In this document: positions 1 through 12,960 of the stretch, one piece after another
Layout of the letters: each line of letters begins with the position of its first letter
Position numbering within the stretch: position 1 is the first letter of the stretch
Source of the DNA: Macrostomum lignano
Taxonomy: Eukaryota
Direction of reading: 5' to 3'
Assembly: GCA_002269645.1 (NCBI GenBank)
Contig: NIVC01003649.1
Span: 21,616-85,615 of the forward strand
DNA: 64,000 nucleotides
Notes under the pieces: generated by a model
The model's database searches: none
The model's input: the letters and a program-made list of their open reading frames with translations, nothing else
What the model was told of the DNA's origin: nothing
Program-made: the position numbers and the translations under genes

Positions 1-1845
1 CACGGTGACGCCGAGCTGCCTGTGGCGTTCGCCTCTCGCACCCTCAACAAGGCCGAGCGCAACTACTCGGCGACCGACCGCGAGCTGCTGGCGCTTGTCT
101 GGAGTTTGAAGCACTTCAGGACGTACCTGCTGAGTGTTCCGAGCTTCAGAGTCTACTCGGACCACCGGCCACTGCAAGGTCTGCTGGCAACGAAGGACCC
201 CGAAGGTCGGCTGGCGCGATGGCTTTCTACGCTGCAGCAGTTTTCGTTCGAGCTGCTGTACCGGCCTGGCATGGACAACGTCGTGCCGGATGCGCTGAGC
301 CGGGTGGCCGGCACGCGCCTGCAGCCTCGGTGGGACGACAGCCGCCTGCACGAGGAGCAACTGCAAGATCCGCTGCTGAGCAAGGCGTTCCAGGCGCTGA
401 CCGAAGGGATTGACAGCCTGTCCGATTCATGGGCGGCGCAGGTTCGCGAGCTGCTGGACGAGGCCTCGGTGAGCTCGGCGGGAGTCCTGCTGGTCGGTGG
501 CCGGCCAGTCATTCCCGGTCACCTGCGGCCACATTTCCTGCAGCAGGCGCACTCGTGTGACCAGAGCGGACACCTCGGCGTCGACAAGACCGGAGCGAGA
601 TTGTCTGAGCGCTGCTGGTGGCCTGGTCTGCGACGGGACGTCGAGAACTGGGTGGCCAGCTGTGCGGTCTGCCTGGCCAAGAAGAGTCCAACCAAGCCGC
701 AGAAGGCGCCGCTACAGTCGACGTGCCAGCCGACGGCTCCGTGGCAGCTGGTGCAGATCGACATCAAAGGGCCGCTTCCGCGTACGACTGATGGCAAGGC
801 GTACATCCTGAGCATGTGCGACGCCTTCTCCAAGTGGATGGAGACGGCAGCCCTGGCGGCGATCGACGCGGTTACGGTGGCGGATGCGCTGCTCAAGTCG
901 GTGGTTCTGCGTCACGGCGCTCCTCAGGTGCTGCACAGTGACCAGGGACGGCAATTCGAGAGCGAGGTGTTCGGCCGGCTCTGCGAGAAGCTGGGCGTCG
1001 AAAAGACGCGCACGTCGCCGTTTCATCCGAGCGGCAACGGAATCGTCGAGCGAGGCAACCGGACGCTCGGCGATATGCTGGCGACGACGGTGGCCGAGAA
1101 CCAGCAGGATTGGGACAGCAAGCTGCCATATGTGACCTGGGCCTACAACACCTCCGTGCACAGCACCATCGGCCTCAGTCCGTACCAGGTCCTCCACGGC
1201 TGGCCACCGAGGCTGGATCTCGACAGCTGGCTGATAAGCGGCGACCGGCCGGCAGCCGACGGTGGACATCACGGCTTCCTGCGGCGGACTCAGGAGAACC
1301 TGCAGAGCGCCTTCGACACGGTGCACGGCCGACTGCGGAGCGCCCAGGCCGAGCGCAACCGGCTGGCCAACCAGGACTCTCGGTTTGTGCCGTTCGAAGA
1401 GGGCCAGCTCGTGATGCTGCGCAACTCCGTCGTCAAGCGCGGCCAGACGCGGTGTTTGAGCGCCAAGTGGAAGGGGCCGTACCGAGTCCTGAGGCGCCTG
1501 GGCGAGGTCAATTACCGCATCCAGGACGAGACCGGCCGCAGGCGCCGGCTGGTGGTGCACCACGACCGCCTCAAGTGCTTCGTGCAGCGGCGGGCGTCAC
1601 TGGAGCTTCCGGCCGCAGCAGACCACCAGCCGCCGGCCGCCGACTTCGACAACGACGGCACCGTCGCTGAGCCGCCCGGACAGGCGGCCGATCCTGGCGG
1701 CGACGCGGTGACCTTCTGGCCCGAGCTGCAGGCAGACGAGGCACCCGAGGAGCAGCCGGCGGCACCGGCCGAGCCGGTCACGGTTCCGCGGCGGTCGGCG
1801 AGAGAGCGGCGGCCACCTGACTTGTACATGGCGGGCTTTGCTTGA
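1..1845 (+). CDS. pol: Ty3/Gypsy LTR retrotransposon pol, 5'-partial (RNase H C-terminus, H2C2 zinc finger, DDE integrase, GPY/F domain)
   Basis: Frame is open from base 1. RNase H motif PVAFASRTLNKAERNYSATDRELLALVW; HSCDQSGHLG...CAVC zinc finger; integrase QIDIKGPLP / HSDQGRQF / GIVERGNRT; KWKGPYRV. Order RH-IN is Gypsy-type. Confidence 0.96.
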   Translation, partial: HGDAELPVAFASRTLNKAERNYSATDRELLALVWSLKHFRTYLLSVPSFRVYSDHRPLQGLLATKDPEGRLARWLSTLQQFSFELLYRPGMDNVVPDALSRVAGTRLQPRWDDSRLHEEQLQDPLLSKAFQALTEGIDSLSDSWAAQVRELLDEASVSSAGVLLVGGRPVIPGHLRPHFLQQAHSCDQSGHLGVDKTGARLSERCWWPGLRRDVENWVASCAVCLAKKSPTKPQKAPLQSTCQPTAPWQLVQIDIKGPLPRTTDGKAYILSMCDAFSKWMETAALAAIDAVTVADALLKSVVLRHGAPQVLHSDQGRQFESEVFGRLCEKLGVEKTRTSPFHPSGNGIVERGNRTLGDMLATTVAENQQDWDSKLPYVTWAYNTSVHSTIGLSPYQVLHGWPPRLDLDSWLISGDRPAADGGHHGFLRRTQENLQSAFDTVHGRLRSAQAERNRLANQDSRFVPFEEGQLVMLRNSVVKRGQTRCLSAKWKGPYRVLRRLGEVNYRIQDETGRRRRLVVHHDRLKCFVQRRASLELPAAADHQPPAADFDNDGTVAEPPGQAADPGGDAVTFWPELQADEAPEEQPAAPAEPVTVPRRSARERRPPDLYMAGFA

Positions 1846-1868
1846 CTCTGGAACTGTCTTTTGCTTCT

Positions 1869-2075
1869 AGGGGGAAAGTAGTGTAGTCTGGCTTGTTGGT
1901 GCGCGTGCACTTAGATGTGCACGTCTGGCTGGTTTGGGGGTTGGGGTTTAGCGCTGCGGCGTGTGCGTGCTTAGGGTGGTTACACCCACCCCAACTTTGG
2001 CAATAAATATATTGGCGTGAGCCAGTGAGGTCTCCTCACGTTTTGATTCTCTGCAATTCAACCCACGGTCTTACA
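1869..2075 (+). mobile_element. Polypurine tract (1869-1881) and 3' LTR (1882-2075, 194 bp) of the Gypsy element
   Basis: AGGGGGAAAGTAG is followed directly by TGTAG; the element ends in TTACA (TGTA...TACA termini); AATAAA at 2002-2007. Confidence 0.85.
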
Positions 2076-2635
2076 GGATCATCATTTGTGTTTAATCAAG
2101 GGGATTACAATCCAGGGGGAATTACTGAATAAATTAATGAGAAACAGCTGGAATTCCGGTATCTGACCACAAAAAATACTTTAAGCCAACAGTACCCACC
2201 CTCGGGCGAAATGAGTTAGCAATTGTTACTGCGGATATAACCTGCATTAACCCCACCCGAACACCTGTGACAGTTCGTCAAGACTCTGCGCCGTCCTCCC
2301 AGATCCCCATTGGGAAATAACGAATGCAAAGTGGATCACGGGGCCACAGCAAAGTTGCAAAGCAAAACAGAAGAGCTTAAGGCTTGCCTAAAAAAGGTCA
2401 CGTATTATGGTGGGACGGAAAAAGCAAAACTATCCAGGTCTTTGTCATATGCATAATTTGATTCGATCTATGATGTAGCGGCCACCGCCTGACCCTCCTC
2501 TGCCAGCCCCGGGAACAGCTGCCATCCTTGAACTAATTAGATTTCACTGGTCAGGCCATGATACTGCTGATTCAGCCTGCGCTTCTGCTTCTCATAATTT
2601 CACTCCGCTTCTCTCAGTTTCACAGCCTCATCATT

Positions 2636-3150
2636 CTACTCTAGCTTATACTGTAGTCTCATATCCTCTCTCTACTTCTCTTCTTAGTAGTCTCATATCC
2701 TCTCTCTACTTCTCTAAGGTTATACTGAAGTCTCATATCCTCTCTCTACTTCTCTAGCTTATACCGCAGTCTCATATCCTCTCTCTACTTCTCTAAGGTT
2801 ATACTGAAGTCTCATATCCTCTCTCTACTTCTCTAGCTTATACTGTAGTCTCATATCCTCTCTCTACTTCTCTAGCTTATACTGTAGTCTCATATCCTCT
2901 CTCTACTTCTCTAGCTTATACTGTAGTCTCATATCCTCTCTCTACTTCTCTAGCTTATACCGTAGTCTCATATCCTCTCTCTACTTCTCTTCTTAGTAGT
3001 CTCATATCCTCTCTCTAATTCTCTAAGGTTATACCAAAGTCTCATATCCTCTCTCTACTTCTCTAGCTTATACCGCAGTCTCATATCCTCTCTCTACTTC
3101 TCTAGCTTATACCGCAGTCTCATATCCTCTCTCTACTTCTTCCTCTAGTA
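2636..3150. repeat. 39-bp minisatellite TAGCTTATACTGTAGTCTCATATCCTCTCTCTACTTCTC
   Basis: About 13 tandem copies, period 39, grading into a (CT)n tract. Confidence 0.95.
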
Positions 3151-3175
3151 TAGTCTCATAACTTCTCTCCTTCTT

Positions 3176-3207
<32 letters not shown>

Positions 3208-3783
3208 ATCTCTTAGGCTCGAATCCTCACTCTACCTCTCTCAGTGTCTAGAGCCTGCATTCAGAACACGAGAGCCCCATTCAAGAGACACAGCAAGCAT
3301 GCAACGAACAAGTCAGAAAAGCAAATTATTGATACAAGCAAAGATTTTTTAATGCAAAACAATCCGTTGCATCGCGCGCTTGCAGCTTATCCGCAATTCC
3401 GTGGGTTCAGGGCAAGGAGGATTATTGACAGAGCTGACCCACCTCCCACCTCTGACGCCGCGGTGTCACTTGCGAAGGATTCCCTCACACCTGGTCACCC
3501 GCATGACAATCAGCGGTCATCCCCAGCCACCCCCCGCCCTCCGCCGCGGCTGTTGCGGTCGCGAAGGCCCGCCTCTCCGCATCTCCGCCTCTCGGCTGGT
3601 TGTTCGTTCAATTTTCCTTAAAACAACAGGCAAATTGGTCCGCTTCCCCGGCAACTCCAGCACCGAGGGTGGGGACCGGGTCAGCGGCAGCTGCAAGGAC
3701 AACAAGAAACCGGAATTGGAGGAGTATTCGCTGCTGGAAAGCAACTCGATCTGTTAATGATGAGTCGATGAGGCGAGGTTCGG

Positions 3784-4957
3784 CTTTTTCAAACTCGAGA
3801 GAGAGATCAGAGAGGGAGATCAGAGATCAGAGAGGGAGATCAGAGATCAGAGAGGGAGATCAGAGATCAGAGAGGGAGATCAGAGATCAGAGAGGGAGAT
3901 CAGAGATCAGAGAGGGAGATCAGAGATCAGAGAGGGAGAAGAGAGATCAGAGAGGGAGATCAGAGATCAGAGAGGGAGATCAGAGATCAGAGAGGGAGAG
4001 GAGAGATCAGAGAGGGAGATCAGAGATCAGAGAGGGAGATCAGAGATCAGAGAGGGAGAGGAGAGATCAGAGAGGGAGATCAGAGATCAGAGAGGGAGAA
4101 GAGAGATCAGAGAGGGAGAGGAGAGATCAGAGAGGGAGATCAGAGATCAGAGAGGGAGATCAGAGATCAGATAGGGAGATCAGAGATCAGAGAGGGAGAA
4201 GAGAGATCAGAGAGGGAGAGGAGAGATCAGAGAGGGAGATCAGAGATCAGAGAGGGAGATCAGAGATCAGAGAGGGAGATCAGAGATCAGAGAGGGAGAT
4301 CAGAGATCAGAGAGGGAGATCAGAGATCAGAGAGGGAGAGGAGAGATCAGAGAGGGAGATCAGAGATCAGAGAGGGAGATCAGAGATCAGAGAGGGAGAT
4401 CAGAGATCAGATAGGGAGATCAGAGATCAGAGAGGGAGAAGAGAGATCAGAGAGGGAGAGGAGAGATCAGAGAGGGAGAGGAGAGATCAGAGAGGGAGAT
4501 CAGAGATCAGAGAGGGAGATCAGAGATCAGAGAGGGAGATCAGAGATCAGAGAGGGAGATCAGAGATCAGATAGGGAGATCAGAGATCAGAGAGGGAGAA
4601 GAGAGATCAGAGAGGGAGATCAGAGATCAGAGAGGTGAGAGGAGAGATCAGAGAGGGAGAAGAGAGATCAGAGAGGGAGATCAGAGATCAGAGAGGGAGA
4701 TCAGAGATCAGAGAGGGAGAAGAGAGATCAGAGAGGGAGAGGAGAGATCAGAGAGGGAGAAGAGAGATCAGAGAGGGAGAGGAGAGATCAGAGAGGGAGA
4801 TCAGAGATCAGAGAGGGAGAGGAGAGATCAGAAAGGGAGAGGAGAGATCAGAGAGGGAGAAGAGAGATCAGAGAGGGAGAGGAGAGATCAGAGAGGGAGA
4901 GGAGAGATCAGAGAGGTAGAGGAGAGATCAGAGAGGTAGAGGAGAGATCAGAGAGGG
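3784..4957. repeat. 21-bp minisatellite GAGATCAGAGATCAGAGAGGG (three 7-bp subunits)
   Basis: Direct tandem array; accounts for ORFs 3600..4574 and 4635..4919. Confidence 0.97.
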
Positions 4958-6661
4958 AGCGCAGGATATAGGGGAGCAGTACAGGAGACGGCGGTGCAGT
5001 GCAAGCTGCAGACCAGCAACTTGTGCATGCCCTTATGAATCGGGTTTCAAATTCATAGTGGGTTATGCAGGACGCATGGGATGTCATTAAGCTGTTCCCA
5101 TTCAATCCAGAGCTGTCACTGCTGCGCCGCCTCTCATCATTCGATCAGCTGTCATCTCCCAATGCGGCCTGTTGCCCAGATTGGCGCGCGTGACTGCGGA
5201 GCGGGAAAAGTTCGATAACAAGAACTGCATGCATTTGGGCGGTCTTAGCCGAATATTTTGTGCTTAGCTGGAGAAATCTGGGAAGAAAAATTTGCTTTTT
5301 GTCACGCATCTGGGCCTGGGGGGCGGCAGATGAACGGGAGAATTCTCCTCAGTCAGTGTTGTTGTTCTTTGCTTCCTTGTAATAACCCTTATAGATGTAC
5401 CCAAGAAGGATTAGGGCTGATGGGCCTCAACTTCTGTTGCGCCCGACCCGCTACTGACAGATGAAAAATTAGATTTTCCAAAACTCGAGAGTCTCTGATG
5501 ACGGCAGCGGCGGCAGAATCGAATCGATTGTCTGTTCTTTAACGAATTTGCATGCCAGAATATCGAGTTGGACAGGTGTGCGTCCTCCAGCGATTGCATT
5601 TGTCTATGGTAAAAAAGCACAGTCCCGCCTGGCATTGTCAGCCTCATCATCATAAAAACAGCAGCCGCCGCACCCACAGATTTATTAGGGGGGCCTCCGC
5701 CTCTTTGTCGCGGCCTGCAGGTCCTCCTGCCCTGGACAGGCATGGGACAATGGCCTGTTATATCAATTGCCAGACATGATAAGCAGCGAGAAAAAAATTG
5801 GACACAGAATGGACCGCAGCGGGTTTCACGCTTTTGCCACTGCCTGGCTGACGGCCTGCGCGTGTCAACAGGCTGGTGGGGGGGGAGTGGCACCAAAACC
5901 GCATCATTTTTAGCATCTTTGTCCCATGAATGATGAAGATGTGACCGTCACAGACTCCCCACGCCACTCCCCCACCTCCCGCATACTCGGTAAATTGCCG
6001 CAATGTTTCCGCCAGCACAGACGCCGTGTATGCAGATTCTCTGCCTCATCAATCCTGATCTCTCATCTCTTTCTCGCTATCTCGCTCTCTCCTCACCATT
6101 CGAAACTCTCTTGGGACACTTCGTTGCTGACGTCGCTGTCGGGCTGAGCCGATGGTCTCCAGTGTCCGGCAATGCTTGCTATCCGATTATCTGCGTCCCC
6201 AACTGCTGCCGGCTCCGCCCCCTCAGGGACGCTACGAAGAGTTTTTTTCCCGAATCCCACCCGCCTCCCAGCCCTGGCCGGGCCAATCAGCGCTCGGGCT
6301 GGCCAACTTCTATTGGGTGGTGCCAGAGATGATGGGGGCAGCCAAGGAGGCTGCAATGTGAGCGGCGGCGAAAATTCGGAGTCTGAGGGGGGTTGGGGAA
6401 GGAGGTGATGGGGGGTGGGCGGGTGCCATGCAGCCTCGGCCGCCCCGCCGCAGCCACACGCTAACAGCTTCCCAGAGCCCGCCTCAGCCCGCGACATCCT
6501 CTTTAAAATAATCCCCAGCCCCTAACCCGGTTAGCGGTCTCCGAGCAGCTGCCACCCCAGAGCCTCATTGCGAATTCCGCGGCAACAACCATCCGGAAAA
6601 AATATATATCGATAATACGTCGGCTCAGTGTTTCTGGGATCCCAAGAGAAAGTGGTGCATC

Positions 6662-6874
6662 ATGTTGGCCAGGCCGAAAAAGTCATTCTTCATTCGGGAC
6701 ATTCTTCTCGATGATTCGCCGCCGCCGCAGCAGCAGCAGCAGCAGCAACAGTTCTCTCATCAGCATCAGGTTGGCGGTGCGGCTTTTGCTGCTTTTGCTC
6801 AAGCAGCTGCGGCGGCGGCTGCGGCTGCTGCGGCTGCTGCGGCTGCCAAGCACCATCAGCAGCGACATCAACAA

Positions 6875-6907
<33 letters not shown>

Positions 6908-9900
6908 CAGCAATCGCCTCAGCAGCAACAACAGCAGCATTCACCCTTGGATCAGCTGATGCGCCTGACCAAAAGCACTCTGCAGGGTCTGGACTACGAT
7001 TTGAAGAACAACGGTAAGCAATTGATTCATTTTGTGCACTGGTAGTGTATTTCAGTCATGGACACCTGAAGTCAGGGGCAATTGATTTTCTTAGAAATGA
7101 ACTGGATTCGATTGGAATTTGTCTATGGCGAAACCCCAATAAGCGCTATGCGTTCTCCAGAGCATACTAAATGCATCGGAGATATGATATATATACACTC
7201 CTTACCGACCTCCTGTTAATTTCTAGAAAAATAAAGTTTAGCGTCCTTTAAGTGTCCGCGGCTTTAAACAGTTGCTTCTAGTTCAAATGTAGCGCTTTGC
7301 AGCACTCCTCTATCCTTGATAAGATCTCCCCAGATCCTTGATGGATCTCCCCAGATCCTTGATAGATCTCCTCAGCTCCTTGATAGATCTCCCCAGCTCC
7401 TTGATAAATCTCCTCAGATCCTTAATAGATCTCCTCAGATCCTTGATAGATCTCCTCAGATCCTTGATAGATCTCCTCAGATCCTTGATAGATCTCCTCA
7501 GCTCTTTGATAGATCTCCTCAGATCCTTGATGATCTCCTCAGATCCTTGATAGCTCTCTTCAGATCATTGATAGATCTCCTCAGATACTTGATAGATCTC
7601 CTCAGATCCTTGATAGATCTCCTCAGATCCTTGATAGATCTCCTCAGCTCTTTGATAGATCTCCTCAGATCCTTGATGATCTCCTCAGATCCTTGATAGC
7701 TCTCTTCAGATCATTGATAGATCTCCTCAGATCCTTGATAGATCTCCTCAGATCCTTGATAGATCTCCTCAGCTCCTTGATAGATCTCCTCAGATCCTTG
7801 ATGATCTCCTCAGATCCTTGATAGCTCTCTTCAGATCCTTGATAGATCTCCTCAGCTCCTCGATAGATCTCCCCAGCTCCTTGATAAATCTCCTCAGATC
7901 CTTAATAGATCTCCTCAGATCCTTGATAGATCTCCTCAGATCCTTGATAGATCTCCTCAGCTCCTTGATAGATCTCCTCAGATCCTTGATGATCTCCTCA
8001 GATCCTTGATAGCTCTCTTCAGATCATTGATAGATCTCCTCAGATCCTTGATAGATCTCCTCAGATCCTTGATGATCTCCTCAGATCCTTGATAGATCTC
8101 TTCAGATCATTGATAGATCTCCTCAGATCTTTGATAGGTCTCCTCAGATCTTTGATAGATCTCCTCAGATCTTTGATAGATCTCCTCAGATACTTGATAG
8201 ATCTCCTCAGATACTTGATAGATCTCCTCAGATACTTGATAGATCTCCTCAGATCTTTGATAGATCTCCTCAGATCTTTGATAGGTCTCCTCAGATACTT
8301 GATAGATCTCTTCAGATCTTTGATAGATCTCCTCAGATACTTGATAGATCTCCTCAGATCCTTGATAGCTCTCTTCAGATCCTTGATAGATCTCCTCAGA
8401 TCCTTGATGATCTCTCCAGATCCTTGATAGATCTCCTCAGATCTTTGATAGATCTCCTCAGATACTTGATAGCATCGTCCTTAGAATTTCTCAGAAGCAT
8501 CTGACCAAAGAATAATCTCAGCAGTACAGATGGCTAAAATTTCCAATATTGTCATAAAAGCAGAAACGCACACAGATTAGTGCCCACTGCCTCGCTCTCC
8601 AACATAGGCAAGTACTGACACTTGTTTCATTTGTTTATTCAATTCAAGCAAGTTGATTCAGCACCCCACCCTCAGCCTGCCAATACACTGCTGCGGATAT
8701 AATAAAGAGGAGGGAACACACGGCTGTTTGGGCTCGCACTTGGAGTATATCCCCATGGTTCTGGACCGCTAATCCCCCATGCCCGTTCGGACAGCTTTTG
8801 ACTGGCACTGTCTGTCACTTCTGCCCGGTTCAAGTGGGCCCCGCCATCTCTCCTGTTCTGTCAATCGTGACAAGCAGAAACGGCTGCAAGCTTGCCGGGT
8901 TGTCGCCGCCTGCGCTACGGTTGTTATCCCTTCTTGTTTGTCCTCAGCTCGACGCTGCGGGGCCCTTGGCCGCATCGATATGGATGGGGGGGATAGATGA
9001 GGATTCTGTCGGGGATTTCTGCTCCCAAGGATTTACCAGAGACAGAGGGCTTCTTCTACTGTTGAGGTTTTCCTCATTTTTAGCTGAGACCGTGAAGCCA
9101 GCGTGGGAGAGGGGGCCGGAGCGGGTGGGCAATTTCAAATGTCATTGGTAATGACGCTTGACGTGAACGGCTGCGCTAGGCCTTGCGCGCGGTCAGTATT
9201 TCTATAAATATTTTTCTAGGAATGGGGGACTTGTTATCTAATGCTTATCAACACAGGGTGCGCGACGGCCTCTTGGCGGCCGGGTAAACACGCTGCGGTG
9301 CAACTGCAATCCTTCATCCAAGCTGCGGATGGCGGGGGGGACTGACTGACTGAGGATTTCCCCTATCGGGCTGCGGAGCGGGAGACAAGTTTTGGGGACA
9401 GGAATGGACCGAAGCCACTCTCGCTCAATGACACCTTAAATCGCGGATGACACACAGATTCCGACAAAGAGAATGGAGTAAGTAGTATAGGCAATATAGA
9501 TATGGGATAGATATCCTTCAATTTGGAAGTCGCCAGCTTGACAAATTTACTTTAAGATAAGAGCTCAGCCTTCCTAATTACCGTCCGGGAAGCCCTCAGA
9601 TTCCTCCTGTTCCTGACGCCAGAGCTGCAAATTTATTCAGAAGGCACCATGGCAAAGCAGGCAACGCTCCCCGCTCATTTGTCTTCAGTTTGTCCGATGC
9701 AATGATAGGCGGAGAAATATGGGTGAAAGTTTAGATTAGTCCGGCGGCCAAACTGAGCTCCCAGCATCAGATGCGGTCGGAGAGGAGCCACTTAATCAGT
9801 CATGTCATTTCCAAAGCAGCGGGGGGCCCCGGTCAGCAGCAAGGTGGACTGCGGTGGAGGCTTCGGGAACCGCTGTCAACGGCTGCTGCAGCCAAAGCCA

Positions 9901-11642
9901 AACTGTTGTGTTTGTGTGTTTGGACAGCGCGCTTGAGGGCTTGGAGATTTATATTACATTTGGCTGCAGTTTACAGGAGGCATCGAATTCTGTGAGACGG
10001 ATTGCCTCTGGTCTGTTTTTTTCGCTGCGTTTTTCTGCTTGGTTTGTCGCCGGCTTTACTTTCTGCCGATGGGTTTGGTTCGAATGTTTTTCATGGAGAC
10101 AGGAGTGGCGGGCCCACTTTTCCACTGAAATAATACGGCTCTTTGTGATTTTTTCTCTTGTGTTGTTGGACAGACAGTGCAAGGGGCTAAAATTCTGATT
10201 TCGATCTGATAAAATATGAGAATTTATAGCTCACTAAAAGAGATTTACATGACTGAGAGGCAAAAAGAGAGACACAAATAAGACACTACAGAGACACTAG
10301 AGAGACACTAGAGAGACACTAGAGAGACACTAGAGAGACACTAGAGAGACACTAGAAAGACACTAGAGAGACACTACAGAGACACTAGAGAGACACTAGA
10401 GAGACACTAGAGAGACACGAGAGACACTAGAGAGACACTACAGAGACACTAGAGAGACACTACAGAGACACTAGAGAGACACTACAGAGACACTAGAGAG
10501 ACACGAGAGACACTAGAGAGACACTAGAGACACTACAGAGACACTAGAGAGACACGAGAGAGACACTAGAGAGACACGAGAGACACTAGAGAGACACTAG
10601 AGAGACACTACAGAGACACTAGAGAGACACGAGAGAGACACTAGAGAGACACTAGAGAGACACTACAGAGACACGAGAGACACTAGAGAGACACTAGAGA
10701 GACACTAGAGAGACACTAGAGAGACACTAGAGAGACACTAGAGAGACACGAGAGACACTAGAGAGACATGAGAGAGACACTAGAGAGACACTAGAGAGAC
10801 ACTAGAGAGACACGAGAGACACTAGAGAGACATGAGAGAGACACTAGAGAGACACTAGAGAGACACTAGAGAGACACGAGAGAGACACTAGAGAGACACT
10901 AGAGAGACACGAGAGAGACACGAGAGACACTAGAGAGACACTAGAGAGTCTACACGAGAGAGACACCACAGAGGCACGCTATAAACATAATAGAGACACG
11001 AATACGCACGCAGTCTTCTCATCCCCATCGCCCCCTTCTCCACGTGCAGACGCGGACGCCTCCCTGGTGACGCTGTGGTCGGAGAAGAACGGCTTCAGGC
11101 GCCGCAGAAAGACCCGCACGGCCTTCACCAGCAAGCAGCTGAGCGTGCTGGAGGAGCGCTTCCACGAGCAGAAGTACCTCACGCCCAACATGCGCGACGA
11201 GATCGCCCAGTCGTTGGGTCTCACCAACGCCCAGGTGATCACCTGGTTCCAGAATCGGCGGGCAAAGATGAAGCGCGAGAACGAGGAGCTGAAGAATGAC
11301 ATGCTGGCTACGAGGAGCTCGGCCGTCGCCACTGATGCCGAAGCTGACCAAGACGACGATCTGGACGATTGCGTCTGCGACGAGGCGGCCGAACTCGCTG
11401 CCGAATCGGCGAACGTCGCCGACAACAACGCTGAGCTGGACGAGCCGATCAACCTGTCGGCTGACCTCGGCGGCTTCCGCGGCGGCGGAAAGCGCGGCTC
11501 GCCGACTTCCTCCTTGGACGAGTCGGAGCGCGGCGGCTCGCCATCGACTGAGGAGGTCGCAGGCGTCGCTGACGTCGCTTCTCCGCCGAAGCTGTTGAGC
11601 GCGAGCCATTTCAAGAAACGGAAGCTTCTGTCAACGGCCTGA
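6662..11642 (+). CDS. lbx: Ladybird/Lbx homeobox transcription factor; exons 6662-7013 and 11050-11642
   Basis: eh1 motif FFIRDIL; polyQ/polyA; Lbx-type motif SPLDQLMRLTKSTLQGLD; phase-1 intron GTAAG (7014) to CAG (11049) joins in frame; homeodomain ending GLTNAQVITWFQNRRAKMKRE is Lbx-diagnostic. Confidence 0.93.
7316..8470. repeat. 21-bp minisatellite GATCCTTGATAGATCTCCTCA in the Lbx intron
   Basis: Tandem array; source of the 'LIDLLRS' ORFs. Confidence 0.97.
10275..10970. repeat. 11-bp minisatellite GAGAGACACTA in the Lbx intron, close to the acceptor
   Basis: Tandem array with minor variants. Confidence 0.96.
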
Positions 11643-12309
11643 ATAACCCAACGATTGTAAATGGTCAGTGGATCGGGCGGCTGCACAATCCATGCAAAAC
11701 CAAGCCAGTTCGGATTTGCCAGCTTTAAATATCTGGCCTGACTGACTACCGTAGAAGAACTGACAAATTATAACAAGCTTTATCGCTTTGTACATAACTG
11801 TGTGGCTTATGATTCATTTTTATTATATTAAAAAACACACGGCTTTGTTTAATTCGACAATTTATTTGGCAAATGTTATTGTCTACTCGTTTCTAGGAAA
11901 ATTGTTGTACACCAGAATTCTAAAATTCGTTTTAGCGTACGCCTGCATAGATTATTCCTATGTATTAGATAAAATTACTAATCGGCAATATGAACTGCTC
12001 ATTGCTATTACAATTTCTCTTTATTGATTTTTGCCTCAGCCACCCCACCCTTACCCAGTTTGACTGTAAGAAGCTTCAAAGATAATCTCGATTGTATCAA
12101 ACGTGCCGGGCTTTTTAAGAAGTAACTTAATAAAACAAATATTTGCTAAACAACTTTATTTGTAACTTCTGCGCTAGGATGGAGTGAGTTTCATCAAAAA
12201 CCAATTTTGTGTGTGATAGGAGTGGAATTCTTTGTTTGGTACTATGTACATTTGGTACTACATAATTCTACATTTAGAAAATCTAAAAGATATTTGTGGA
12301 TTGGCGCAT

Positions 12310-12960
12310 GGGATAGATGCAGCATGGGATAGGTGAGACTAGGATAGATGAGACTGGGATAGATGAGACTGGGATAGATGAGACTGAGATAGATGAGACT
12401 GGGATAGATGCAGCATGGGATAGATGAGACTGGGATAGATGAGACTGAGATAGATGAGACTGGGATAGATGAGACTGGGATAGATGCGGCATGGGATAGA
12501 TGCGGCATGGGATAGATGCAGCATGGGATAGATGAGACTGGGATAGATGAGACTGAGATAGATGAGACTGGGATAGATGCGGCATGGGATAGATGAGACT
12601 GAGATAGATGAGACTGGGATAGATGAGACTGGGATAGATGCGGCATGGGATAGATGCGGCATGGGATGGATGCGACATGGGATAGATGCGACATGGGATA
12701 GATGCGACATGGGATAGATACGGCATGGGATTGATGAGACTGGGATAGATGCGGATAGATGCGGCATGGGATAGTTGCGACATGGGATAGATGCGACCTG
12801 AGATAGATGCGGCATGGGATAGATAAGATGAGGGATATAAGCGGATAGATGCGACATGGGATAGACGCGACATGGGATAGATGCGACATGGGATAGATGC
12901 AACATGGGATAGATGCGACATGGGATAGATGCGACATGGGATAGATGCGACATGGGATAA
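12310..12960. repeat. 15/16-bp minisatellite GATAGATGAGACTGG / GATAGATGCGGCATGG
   Basis: Tandem array with two variant domains; source of minus-strand repeat ORFs. Confidence 0.95.

Noticed and set aside
153-1910. Many overlapping antisense and alternate-frame ORFs here and over other GC-rich exons
   Set aside because: They are shadow ORFs of high-GC coding sequence, with no independent motifs.
3600-4919. Long R/E/D-rich ORFs
   Set aside because: They are translations of the 21-bp minisatellite; a unit length divisible by 3 without stops keeps the frame open.
7316-8470. Leucine-zipper-like 'LIDLLRS' ORFs
   Set aside because: They lie in the Lbx intron and reflect the 21-bp (7-codon) repeat period.
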